A stretch of 32,000 nt of DNA from Bacteroidota bacterium (GCA_030147525.1 JASBVF010000008.1:58357-90356); one strand, 5' to 3'; positions 8,601-17,099 are shown, counted from the first letter of the stretch. Numbers and translations are program-made. Notes: generated by a model from the letters alone, not told the origin.

Positions 8601-9398
8601 ATGGAACAACTTACTTTTCAGAAAAAACAAATCGCATTTTATCGCTCCGGCGAAGGGGAGGAAACACCCGTTGTGTTGCTGCACGGCTTCTGCGAAGACA
8701 GCCGTGTCTGGGACGAGTGGCTCGACTTTCTGCCTCAGCGCAGCTACCTCCGCATCGATTTGCCCGGCTTCGGCAACTCCGAACTGCTTGAAAATCTGAG
8801 CATTGAAAGCATGGCCGAAGCCGTCAACGCCGTACTTGAACATTTGAATATTAAAAAATGCATCCTCACCGGCCACTCCATGGGCGGCTACGTCAGTCTG
8901 GCTTTTGCTGAAAAATACGGCGAAAAACTCACCGGCCTGTGCATGTTCCACTCCCACCCTTTCGAGGATTCGGAGGATAAAAAAGCTGGGCGCCTCAAGT
9001 CCGTCGATTTCATCAAAAAGAACGGCCATATCCTCTACGTCCGTCAAATGATCCCGCAGCTGTTCGCCTACGACTACTCGAAAGGCTACCAAATGGAAGT
9101 TAACCGACTGATACACAACGCTATACATTACTCGCCGGAGGCGATCATCGCCGCCCTCGACGCCATGCGCATCCGTCCCGATCGTTCGGAAGTATTGAAA
9201 AATATCGCCTGCCCCGTACTTTTCATCATCGGAAAACACGACAATGCCGTGCCGCTGGAGTTGAGCATGGCACAGGCACACCTGCCCAAAATCGCAGACA
9301 TCCACGTTTTCCCCACCGTCGGCCACATGGGCATGTTTTCAGCCCAGCGGGAGACGGCTAAAGTTTTTAAAGAATTTCTATCAACCTTCGGCCTGTGA
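8601..9398 (+). CDS. alpha/beta-fold hydrolase
   Basis: ORF 8445..9398, with likely start ATG 8601 (MEQLTFQKKQIAFYRSGEGEETPVVLLHGF). HGF oxyanion motif, nucleophile elbow GHSMGG, late D (GKHDNAV) and H (VGHMGMF). Confidence 0.85.
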   Translation: MEQLTFQKKQIAFYRSGEGEETPVVLLHGFCEDSRVWDEWLDFLPQRSYLRIDLPGFGNSELLENLSIESMAEAVNAVLEHLNIKKCILTGHSMGGYVSLAFAEKYGEKLTGLCMFHSHPFEDSEDKKAGRLKSVDFIKKNGHILYVRQMIPQLFAYDYSKGYQMEVNRLIHNAIHYSPEAIIAALDAMRIRPDRSEVLKNIACPVLFIIGKHDNAVPLELSMAQAHLPKIADIHVFPTVGHMGMFSAQRETAKVFKEFLSTFGL

Positions 9399-9417
9399 AT
9401 GGTGCCCGGCGCCCCCG

Positions 9418-9445
9418 TTCATCATTCATCGTTCATCATTCATTG
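9418..9445. repeat. four tandem heptamers TTCATCA / TTCATCG / TTCATCA / TTCATTG, ending 4 nt before the ATG at 9450
   Basis: Read directly: 9418-9424, 9425-9431, 9432-9438, 9439-9445. Equivalent to two 14-bp units, 13/14 identical. Located in the 51-nt gap between the hydrolase and the nucleotidyltransferase. Confidence 0.8.
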
Positions 9446-9449
9446 TTAA

Positions 9450-10194
9450 ATGAAAGCCATGCTCTTCGCCGCCGGCCTCGGCACCCGCCTCCGCCCCCTG
9501 ACCGACGACCGGCCGAAAGCCCTCGTCGAAGTCAACGGAACGCCGCTGCTCGAAATCGCCATCCACCGCCTCATCGTCGCCGGTTGCCGGGAGATCATCG
9601 TCAACGTCCACCATTTTGCGGAGCAGATCATCGGTTTTTTGAAAAAAAACGACCACTTCGGCATCCGCATCGCTATCTCCGACGAGCGGGAGGCCCTGCT
9701 CGAAACCGGCGGCGGCCTGAAAAAAGCCGCCTGGTTTTTTGACGATGAAAAACCCTTCCTCGTCTGCAACACCGACGTGCTGACTAACCTCGATCTTCAA
9801 AAATTTTATCAAAAACACCTCGAATCGGGCGCCCTCGCCACCCTCGCCGTGCGCAACCGCCCCTCCTCCCGCAGTTTTTTATTTGATGAAACAATGCGGC
9901 TCACCGGCTGGCAAAACACCAAAACCGGCGAGACACGCTGGTCAAAACCAATTCACCAATTCACCAATTCACCAACTTGCCTTCAGCGGCATCCACGCCC
10001 TCAACCCCGCCATTTTCGACTGGATGCCGGACGAAGAGCAGAAATTTTCCATCGTAGAAACTTACCTTCAGGCCGCCGCCACGGAAACCATCCTCGGCTA
10101 CCCGCACGACGAAGATTTCTGGTTTGATGTCGGCAAACCGGAGACGTTGGCAAAAGCTGAAGCAATCACCAAGGAATTGCCTCGATTTTATTGA
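9450..10194 (+). pseudogene. sugar-1-phosphate nucleotidyltransferase (MurU/NTP_transferase-like), frameshifted
   Basis: Frame A (9450..) gives a good N-terminal domain: MKAMLFAAGLGTRLRPLTDDRPKALVEVNGTPLLE...ETGGGL...LVCNTDV. After about 9975 it degenerates into an R/P-rich tail. The conserved C-terminus continues in the frame of ORF 9883..10194 (offset by one nt from frame A): HQLAFSGIHALNPAIFDWMPDEEQKFSIVETYL...WFDVGKPETL. The frame switch coincides with the octamer repeat at 9948-9971. Confidence 0.8.
9948..9979 (+). repeat. tandem octanucleotide CCAATTCA x3 plus a degenerate 4th copy (CCAACTTG) inside the nucleotidyltransferase gene
   Basis: Copies at 9948-9955, 9956-9963 and 9964-9971 are identical. 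9972-9979 matches 5/8. The unit length is not a multiple of 3. Confidence 0.9.
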
Positions 10195-10231
10195 TACTTT
10201 TACCTATTCTTTAAAAAAAAATATTGCCTGA

Positions 10232-11857
10232 ATGCCGGGAAAACTTCGCTGGACAATCGCTTTGCTGTCAATCATTTCACTTTGTGCACTTTCTTCCATG
10301 TCGGAAGCGCAGGTAGCATTGGATAGCCTGGAAGCTCGCCTGGCCTCTGCTGAAGAGAGAGATAAAGCCACCATCCTGAACCAACTGGCCGATGCCCACC
10401 AGGAAACGGCTTCCGGTAAAGCGATTCAATACGCCGAATCAGCGCTGAAAATTTCAAGAAAATACAAAGACAGAAAAAATGAGGCTTACGCCCTGCGCAA
10501 CCTTTGCCTGAATTATCTCTACAACGACGTCTACCACCAGGCACTCTCTAACGGGCTGGCTGCACTCGACATTTATGAAGACCTGGGCGACGTCACAGGA
10601 ATTGCCTACATGCTTAGCACCTTGGGCTGGGTATATTACGATATTGAAAACACAGACCTTGCGCTTGAATACCATCAAAGGGTTTTAGAAATTTACCAGG
10701 AATTGGGTGACAAGGAAAACGTCGCCTTTTCCTACAACAGCCTCGGTCTGGTTCATTCTCTGAAAAAAGAGTACGGTAAAGCGCTGGATTTTTACCAACG
10801 ATCACTCAACCTGGCCGAGGAAACGGGCGAGGCCATCCGGGCATCGACGGCACACAGCAACCTGGGGATGACCTACACAGCCCTGGGCAGCTATGATCTT
10901 GCCCTTGAGCATCTTCAAAAAGCGCTTGAATTGAGGGAAAAAGACAGTGGTGTTTTGTCAAAAGCCGAAATATGGAACCAGATGGGTCAGGCTTTCACCC
11001 GCAAACGGAATTTTGCCGAAGCGGAGGAAGCCTTTGCCAAAGCAAGAGCATTCATTGAGCAGTCGGCCTCCAACGCCAGCAAGGAAAAATTGATGGATAA
11101 TCTGGAGTTCAGCGCTCAACTATACGCTGCCAAGGGCGATTTCAAAAAAGCTTACGAGGCCTCCAGGGAGTATTCGCTGATCAGAAATTCCATTCTCTCA
11201 GAAGAAAAAACCAGCAAACTGGCTGAAATGCGGCTGATTTATGAAACGGAGAAGCGGGAAAATGAAATCGCATTGCTCGAAAACCAGAAAAAAATTGACC
11301 GGCTGATCCGGAATGGCTCTATCGTCGGTTTTTGCCTGTTCATCGTCATAGGTTACCTGACTTACAGCAAGCTGAAAAGTAAAAACCGGCAAGTCCGCCT
11401 GGAAAAGGAACGGCTGAAAGACAAGCTGGATTTTAAAAATAATGAACTCACCACATTCGGACTACACATCGCCCAGCGCAATGAAATCCTGAGAGAATTT
11501 GTGTCTTCCCTGAAATTAATTCAGTCTAATGCTTCAGGGGAAACCGAATTGAAATTGAGGAACCTGACCCAAAGGATCGAACAAAGCAGAGTCTCCAACG
11601 AAGAACTTGAAACCTTTCACCTGAATGTGGAAAAGGAACACAAGAATTTTTTCTACAACCTGCTAAAACAATTTCCCGACCTCACCGAACATGAAAAACG
11701 ACTGTCCGCTCAACTCCGGCTGAACCTCTCCAACAAGGACATTGCCGCCATCAACAACATCTCCGTCAAGTCGGTTGAAATGGCACGCTATCGCCTCCGT
11801 AAGCGTTTTGGGCTGGATCACAAAGACAGCCTCACCGATTTTTTGAAAAGCTTCTGA
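10232..11857 (+). CDS. transmembrane one-component regulator: signal peptide, extracytoplasmic TPR array, single TM, cytoplasmic coiled coil and LuxR/GerE-type HTH
   Basis: 541 aa. MPGKLRWTIALLSIISLCALSSMSEAQ signal. About 7 TPR-like repeats (AYALRNLCLNY, AYMLSTLGWVYY, AFSYNSLGLVH, AHSNLGMTY...). TM GSIVGFCLFIVIGYLTY. C-terminal LTEHEKRLSAQLRLNLSNKDIAAINNISVKSVEMARYRLRKRFGL. Confidence 0.85.
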   Translation: MPGKLRWTIALLSIISLCALSSMSEAQVALDSLEARLASAEERDKATILNQLADAHQETASGKAIQYAESALKISRKYKDRKNEAYALRNLCLNYLYNDVYHQALSNGLAALDIYEDLGDVTGIAYMLSTLGWVYYDIENTDLALEYHQRVLEIYQELGDKENVAFSYNSLGLVHSLKKEYGKALDFYQRSLNLAEETGEAIRASTAHSNLGMTYTALGSYDLALEHLQKALELREKDSGVLSKAEIWNQMGQAFTRKRNFAEAEEAFAKARAFIEQSASNASKEKLMDNLEFSAQLYAAKGDFKKAYEASREYSLIRNSILSEEKTSKLAEMRLIYETEKRENEIALLENQKKIDRLIRNGSIVGFCLFIVIGYLTYSKLKSKNRQVRLEKERLKDKLDFKNNELTTFGLHIAQRNEILREFVSSLKLIQSNASGETELKLRNLTQRIEQSRVSNEELETFHLNVEKEHKNFFYNLLKQFPDLTEHEKRLSAQLRLNLSNKDIAAINNISVKSVEMARYRLRKRFGLDHKDSLTDFLKSF

Positions 11858-11906
11858 TCTCGCCTACCTGCCCGATTTCACCCAATCCAACAAGTAAATT
11901 CCGTCT

Positions 11907-11972
11907 GTGTAGAGGTAAAATAGAGTGGCTGTAGTAGCCGGATAGAGTCCATGTGGGCTTCAGGTAGAGGTA
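11907..11972 (+). promoter_or_regulatory. array of TAGAG direct repeats in exact 11-bp register upstream of susC (candidate operator)
   Basis: TAGAG starts at 11910, 11921, 11943 and 11965, with a near copy TAGTA at 11932. All offsets are multiples of 11. The outer copies share GTAGAGGTA (11909-11917 and 11964-11972). Confidence 0.45.
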
Positions 11973-12192
11973 CATCTGTCGCTTACCCCCTTCTCATCTC
12001 CATACCTTTACGATCGATTATTATCAAAATTTTTACCTGCTTTTTTAGCAAAAAAAAGAAGTCTGACCCCCTCTTGAAAAAATGAAACCAAATTTAATTT
12101 CAAAACCTGACATCTGGTCATTTACCCTGAAAGCAAACCGAAGCGCTACTTCAGTCCTATACTTTAACATCAAATTAAAATCACTATTTGTT

Positions 12193-15100
12193 ATGTATCA
12201 AAAAATTACAAAACACTTGCCGCTGTGCTTTGCATGGATGCTGCTGGGGTTGCTGCTGTCCCCCGCATTGGGAAGTACGCCCGACAAAATTATTAGCGGT
12301 GTGGTTTCCGACGCCAGTGGAATGCCACTTATTGGCGTGAATGTTTCCGTCGAAAATTCAGCCATTGGGACCATCACCGAAGTGGATGGCAGCTACCGCC
12401 TGAGCGTGCCTGACAATGCCAACGTTCTGGAGTTTTCTTATGTCGGTTTCCTAACGCAAAGAGTAGAGATCAACGGTCGCACCACGATCAACGTCACCTT
12501 GCAAAGCAACAATCTTTTGCTCGATGAGGTAGTCGTGATTGGCTACGGCCGCCAAAAGAAAAGCGACCTGACCGGCGCCGTTTCATCCGTAAATGTTGGC
12601 GAAATCCAAAAATTGCCAACAGCTGATATTACAACAGCGCTGCAGGGCCAGGTGGCCGGCGTCAACGTGACTTCAGCGACCGGTGCTCCGGGCAGACCAC
12701 CCGTTGTGAGGATCAGGGGCCTCGGAACCATCGGCAGCAACGAACCGCTGTACGTGATCGACGGCATCCCCGGCGACATCGCCTACGTGAACCCATCCGA
12801 CATCGAAAGCCTCAACGTGCTGCGGGATGCATCGGCAGCAACGATTTACGGTTCCCGTGCTTCTAACGGCGTCGTCATTGTGACAACAAAAAGAGGAAAA
12901 ACAGGCGAACCTCGTGTTACACTGAACTCTTTCATCGGTACACACAGCCTGACCAACAATGTGGAAATGGCCAACAAGGCGCAGTACAACCAGATTATGA
13001 AAGAAGCAAGGGCTAACGGTGGCGATGACCCACTCGAATTTACCCTTGACGACAGTCAGTATGCTGATACCAACTGGCCGGATGCTTTTATGAAAGATGC
13101 CTTCGAACAGAAATATGACCTCGGCATATCAGGAGGCGCTGATGCTGTAAAATATCACTTTTCCGGTGGTTTTTACGACCACAGCGGCACCGTCATCAAC
13201 ACTGGCTTTCAACGGTATAATGCACGCCTTAACCTTGATTTCAGCTTGCTGAACAACAGGCTTACGATCTCCCCCGGCATCGGCTATGCCCGCACGAATT
13301 CGAAAAATATTTTTGAACCGACAGGAGAAGGTAATGCCAGTTTTTCGCCTTTCCTCTACACATACTCAGCACTCCCTCATAAAGAAGTGTATGACTCAAA
13401 CTCTCCTAACGGCTTTGCAGTGCCGCCCAATATTCTGGGTTCGGGCAATCCGGTTGGCGAGCGTTCGCTGGAGAAAGATCAGAACGAAAATGACTATCTC
13501 CAACTGGGCATTTCCACCGACCTGAAAATTTATGACGGGCTGAGCTACCAGTTTCAGTTTGGTGCAAACGTTGGAAACAACTACAATTTTTACCACCTTC
13601 CGGCTTACTTCTTCGGCCCGCAGGCCCTCGTGGAAGATCCCTTCATTTCAGAAAACCGTTCACGGCTCAACCAGTGGACGATGAACAACTTGCTCAATTA
13701 CCAGAAAGATTTTGGCGATCACAGCCTGGGGCTGATGGCCGGTATTTCAAGAGAAAAAAGCCAGTTCCGCTCCACGGGCGGCGTCAACCGCAAGTTGCCA
13801 TCGAGTTCGCTTGAATCGTTAAGTTCCGGCATTGGCGATGAGGCTTCGTTTGGTTTCAATTCGACGAACACGCTGCAATCCTATTTCGGACGGCTGAGTT
13901 ACAACTTTGGCAATCGCTACTTCGTGCAGGGAAGCATCCGTCGTGACGGCTCCTCCCGTTTTGGCAGCGATAACCGGTACGGTAATTTTTACTCCGTCTC
14001 ACTCGGATGGGCTATCCACAACGAAAACTTTTTCAACGTGGATGCCATCAGCGAACTGAAGCCCCGCTTTAGTTACGGTACACTTGGCAACCAGAACATT
14101 GGCGATCATCTTTTCCTCGCACGCATCGCTTCCGGTGGCGCCCAGCTGAACTACCCGTTCGGCGATGCAGCCAGGCAGGCGATCATGGTAGGCGCTCTGA
14201 GCACCACACTGCCAACGCCAAATATCAAGTGGGAAGAAACCGCAACCACTAACATCGGCCTCGACCTTGGACTTTGGGAAGACAAATGGATGCTCACTTT
14301 CGATTATTTCATCGCCAACACCACGGATATGCTCGTAAGTGTGCCGGTACCGGCTTCTTCCGGCATCACCACTTTCCCGCTGACCAACGGTGGCGAAATG
14401 GAAAACAAAGGCTGGGAATTTTCGACCACTTACCGCAACCGGGGAGGCAAGCTCGACTTCGACATCATCGCCAACCTGAGCGGCTCGAAAAACAAAGTGA
14501 CCAAGCTCGGTTTTGCCGACGAATCTTTCACCGATGGCTACATCGAGTTTGAAAACTTCCCAACGACCCGCACCGAAGTTGGCGGTGAAATCGGCCGTTT
14601 TTATTTATACCAAACGGATGGCATTTTCAAATCGCAGGCTGAAATTGACGCTCACGGCATACAGCCAAACGCCCAGCCCGGTGATTTCAAATTTGTGGAC
14701 ACCAACGGCGACGGCACCCTGAGCGACGACGACAAAGTATTCTTCGGCAGTGGCCTGCCCAAATTCGAATACGGCCTGACGTTGAACGCCTACTACAAGC
14801 ATTTCGACTTCAGCATTTTCTTGCAGGGAACGCAGGGGAACAACATGTACAACGGTATGAAAATGTGGCTCTACCGCACCGACCGCATTGAAAATGTCTC
14901 TGCCGACCTGGTGAACGCATGGTCGCCATCGAACCCTGACAGTGATATTCCAAGGAACGTTTCAACCGACCCGAACAGCAACATTCGTCCATCTGACTAC
15001 TTCCTCGAAGATGCATCGTACCTGCGCCTGCGCAATTTGCAGATCGGGTTCACCTTGCCGGAGGCAACTTCCAAAACCATTGGCATCTCCAGTGCCAGGA

Positions 15101-15252
15101 TTTATGCCGGCGCTTACAACTTGCTGACTATCACGGGGTACTCAGGTTTTGACCCTGGCATCGGCAACAGCGGGTTGCTCTCCAGAGGAGTTGACAGAGG
15201 GTTTTACCCATTGACAAAATCGTTTGTGTTCGGGCTGAACCTCGGGTTTTAA
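12193..15252 (+). CDS. susC: SusC/RagA-family TonB-linked outer-membrane transporter
   Basis: ORF 12082..15252. The start is better at ATG 12193 (MYQKITKHLPLCFAWMLLGLLLSPALG signal peptide). CarboxypepD_reg domain (ISGVVSDASGMPLIGVNVSVENS..TDGSYRL). SusC plug signatures VVVIGYGRQKKSDLTGAVSSV, LQGQVAGVNV, IRGLGTIGSNEPLYVIDGIP, AATIYGSRASNGVVIVTTKRGK. C-terminal F. Confidence 0.93.
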   Translation: MYQKITKHLPLCFAWMLLGLLLSPALGSTPDKIISGVVSDASGMPLIGVNVSVENSAIGTITEVDGSYRLSVPDNANVLEFSYVGFLTQRVEINGRTTINVTLQSNNLLLDEVVVIGYGRQKKSDLTGAVSSVNVGEIQKLPTADITTALQGQVAGVNVTSATGAPGRPPVVRIRGLGTIGSNEPLYVIDGIPGDIAYVNPSDIESLNVLRDASAATIYGSRASNGVVIVTTKRGKTGEPRVTLNSFIGTHSLTNNVEMANKAQYNQIMKEARANGGDDPLEFTLDDSQYADTNWPDAFMKDAFEQKYDLGISGGADAVKYHFSGGFYDHSGTVINTGFQRYNARLNLDFSLLNNRLTISPGIGYARTNSKNIFEPTGEGNASFSPFLYTYSALPHKEVYDSNSPNGFAVPPNILGSGNPVGERSLEKDQNENDYLQLGISTDLKIYDGLSYQFQFGANVGNNYNFYHLPAYFFGPQALVEDPFISENRSRLNQWTMNNLLNYQKDFGDHSLGLMAGISREKSQFRSTGGVNRKLPSSSLESLSSGIGDEASFGFNSTNTLQSYFGRLSYNFGNRYFVQGSIRRDGSSRFGSDNRYGNFYSVSLGWAIHNENFFNVDAISELKPRFSYGTLGNQNIGDHLFLARIASGGAQLNYPFGDAARQAIMVGALSTTLPTPNIKWEETATTNIGLDLGLWEDKWMLTFDYFIANTTDMLVSVPVPASSGITTFPLTNGGEMENKGWEFSTTYRNRGGKLDFDIIANLSGSKNKVTKLGFADESFTDGYIEFENFPTTRTEVGGEIGRFYLYQTDGIFKSQAEIDAHGIQPNAQPGDFKFVDTNGDGTLSDDDKVFFGSGLPKFEYGLTLNAYYKHFDFSIFLQGTQGNNMYNGMKMWLYRTDRIENVSADLVNAWSPSNPDSDIPRNVSTDPNSNIRPSDYFLEDASYLRLRNLQIGFTLPEATSKTIGISSARIYAGAYNLLTITGYSGFDPGIGNSGLLSRGVDRGFYPLTKSFVFGLNLGF

Positions 15253-15275
15253 TTTTTAAAAAATCAAAAGATAAA

Positions 15276-16808
15276 ATGACAATGAAAATATTCCATCCAA
15301 TTTTTCTATTCATCCTCCTGGCGAGTTTCGCCACCTCCTGCAGCGATGATTTTATCGATGTGGAAAACAAGGAAACTTTGACCGAAGAAAGTTTCTGGCA
15401 AACGGAGGAGCATGCCATTCAGGCACTCACCGCCACCTACGCTGCCTTACAAAGCGCCAGCGGCAGCAAGTGGGCTTTTTTCGAAGAAATGTACATCGCT
15501 ATGGCCTATCGTGGCGATGACATCGTCAACAATTCGAGTGAAATCTATGGCCGTTCGCTCGCCAATTTCACCAATACCACGGACGAATCGGCGCCTTTCA
15601 ACGTCTGGCAGGCCAGCTACGCAGGCATTGGCAGGGCCAACCAGGTTATCGAGCGGGTGCCCGGCATGGATGCCCTTTCCAACGAAACCCGCAACGCCAT
15701 CGTTGGTGAAGCCAAATTTCTGCGGGCGCTCTACTATTTCTGGCTGGTTACCGGCTTCGAGAATGTGCCGCTCGTCACTAAATTTGAAACCAATCCCGAC
15801 TTCCTGTTCCCTTCACAGGCCACGCCTGCGCAGGTGTGGTCACAGATTGAAACGGACCTGAGAGAGGCTGAAACCATCATGCAGGATAGCCACGGGCCGT
15901 CCTGGAAAGGCCGTGCGACCAAATGGTCGGCAAAAGCACTGCTGGGCAAAGCCTATCTCTTTCAGGAAAAATGGACAGAGGCAGCCTCCAAATTCAAGGA
16001 AGTGGTGGACAGCGGCAAATTTGACCTACTGCCAAATTACGACGACAATTTCAATGGCAGGGGTGAAAACGGTGTGGAGAGCATCTTCGAAATTCAGTTC
16101 ACCGGCGACCGCTCCAACGGCAACGACGAGCGGCACCCGTTCAACTTTGAAGTCTCGCCCTACACTTTCGGCGGTTGGGAGTTGTTTTATCCTTCCGAAT
16201 GGCTGGTCGAAGAGATGAAAACCGACCTTGGCGCCGACGGCAACCCCAGCGAACGGGTGTACCAAAGCATTTTCTTCGACGACCCGCAATCTGACATGTA
16301 CAGCCTGTACGGCGGCGACAACGTTCCCTACGCCGATGTTGCCGGTGAGCTAAACCATCCGAAGTATTTCAAAAAATACGCTTACAACGTGGATGAAAAC
16401 TACTACACAGGCACCAACATCGTCCTCATTCGCTACGCCGATGTGCTGCTGATGTATGCCGAGGCATTGAATGAAATTGGCAAAACAACCGAAGCTATCG
16501 ATGAAATCAACAAGGTGCGGGTGCGTGGTAAAGCTGTGCCGCTTGCAAGCCTGACCAAGGACGAACTTCGCACGCAAATCCGCCACCATGAACGACCGGT
16601 GGAATTGGCGATGGAATATGGCATCCGCTGGTTCGACCTCTACCGCTGGAGCAGGGGCAATACAGCGCCCGAATCCATCAAGGCCACATTGGAGGCGCAC
16701 GGCAAACCTTTCGCAGGAAACTTCGTGGAGCCAAAACACCAACTGTTCCCGATTCCGCTACAGGAGATGAATATCAATCAGAACCTCAAGCAGAATCCGG
16801 GGTGGTGA
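15276..16808 (+). CDS. susD: SusD/RagB-family nutrient-binding outer-membrane lipoprotein
   Basis: 510 aa, 23 nt after susC. Lipoprotein signal FLFILLASFATSC|SDDF. SusD-like TPR core (FWQTEEHAIQALTATYAALQ, FLRALYYFWLVTGFENVPL, IRYADVLLMYAEALNE, RHERPVELAMEYGIRWFDLYRW). Confidence 0.9.
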   Translation: MTMKIFHPIFLFILLASFATSCSDDFIDVENKETLTEESFWQTEEHAIQALTATYAALQSASGSKWAFFEEMYIAMAYRGDDIVNNSSEIYGRSLANFTNTTDESAPFNVWQASYAGIGRANQVIERVPGMDALSNETRNAIVGEAKFLRALYYFWLVTGFENVPLVTKFETNPDFLFPSQATPAQVWSQIETDLREAETIMQDSHGPSWKGRATKWSAKALLGKAYLFQEKWTEAASKFKEVVDSGKFDLLPNYDDNFNGRGENGVESIFEIQFTGDRSNGNDERHPFNFEVSPYTFGGWELFYPSEWLVEEMKTDLGADGNPSERVYQSIFFDDPQSDMYSLYGGDNVPYADVAGELNHPKYFKKYAYNVDENYYTGTNIVLIRYADVLLMYAEALNEIGKTTEAIDEINKVRVRGKAVPLASLTKDELRTQIRHHERPVELAMEYGIRWFDLYRWSRGNTAPESIKATLEAHGKPFAGNFVEPKHQLFPIPLQEMNINQNLKQNPGW

Positions 16809-16816
16809 GTAGCCTG

Positions 16817-16853
16817 GCGAGTACGCCCCTGACCCCTGAAGGGGTGTACTCGC
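16817..16853 (+). terminator. 13-bp hairpin 9 nt after the susD stop (possible attenuator or terminator, no T-tract)
   Basis: GCGAGTACGCCCC (16817-16829) pairs with GGGGTGTACTCGC (16841-16853) with one G-U pair and an 11-nt loop. It is followed by TTGACTACC, not a U-run. Confidence 0.35.
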
Positions 16854-16892
16854 TTGACTACCAAAAGATTAAGTTTCATACATTTTGTACAG

Positions 16893-16927
16893 CGCCTAAC
16901 TTAACCCCGTTATTTTAGGCGTTTTTT
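16893..16927 (+). terminator. short hairpin plus T6 (weak rho-independent terminator candidate)
   Basis: CGCCTAA (16893-16899), 15-nt loop, TTAGGCG (16915-16921), then TTTTTT (16922-16927). Confidence 0.35.
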
Positions 16928-17060
16928 CTAACGCTTCAATTTCATGGCCATGTCCTGCACTGTTTCAAAATTTGGATTTTCAAGCGGGAATTTTGATGGA
17001 AAACAACGACAGCAAGCTGCAACTTATTCAAATTGGGAAAGGAAAACGGAGGCTGTAACT

Positions 17061-17068
17061 TACATTTG
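17061..17068 (+). promoter_or_regulatory. candidate -7 box TACATTTG (TAnnTTTG) for the downstream enzyme genes
   Basis: Exact match to the Bacteroidetes -7 consensus, 31 nt upstream of ATG 17100. No well-spaced -33 TTTG was seen. Confidence 0.3.
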
Positions 17069-17099
17069 ACCAACATTTTATAACTGAGCAAACTTAGAC

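Noticed and set aside
8406-9326. 306-aa minus-strand ORF overlapping the alpha/beta hydrolase
   Set aside because: It is an antisense shadow. The translation is low-information (V/A/G/D/F/H-rich) with no motif, whereas the plus frame carries HGF, GHSMGG and the catalytic D/H.
9395-9742. 115-aa R/P-rich plus-strand ORF overlapping the nucleotidyltransferase start
   Set aside because: It is an out-of-frame read of a GC-rich gene. Its composition (RRPRHPPPPPDRR) is typical of frame artefacts.
9948-9979. Octamer repeat interpreted as a CRISPR fragment or as a programmed ribosomal frameshift site
   Set aside because: The copies are directly tandem with no spacers, so it is not CRISPR. There is no slippery heptamer or downstream pseudoknot, and a 16-bp duplication fully explains the frame change.
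12082-12192. Upstream start codons offered by the ORF track (12082 for susC; likewise 952, 5288, 8445 and 22264 for other genes)
   Set aside because: The N-terminal extensions lack signal-peptide character. The internal ATGs (12193, 886, 5225, 8601 and 22309) give canonical signal peptides, TM helices or TA coupling.
16944-17069. 41-aa ORF (MAMSCTVSKFGFSSGNFDGKQRQQAATYSNWERKTEAVTYI) in the susD-GH63 gap
   Set aside because: It has no ribosome-binding or promoter context, no hydrophobic or Cys pattern, and it overlaps the candidate -7 box. There is no evidence that it is expressed.
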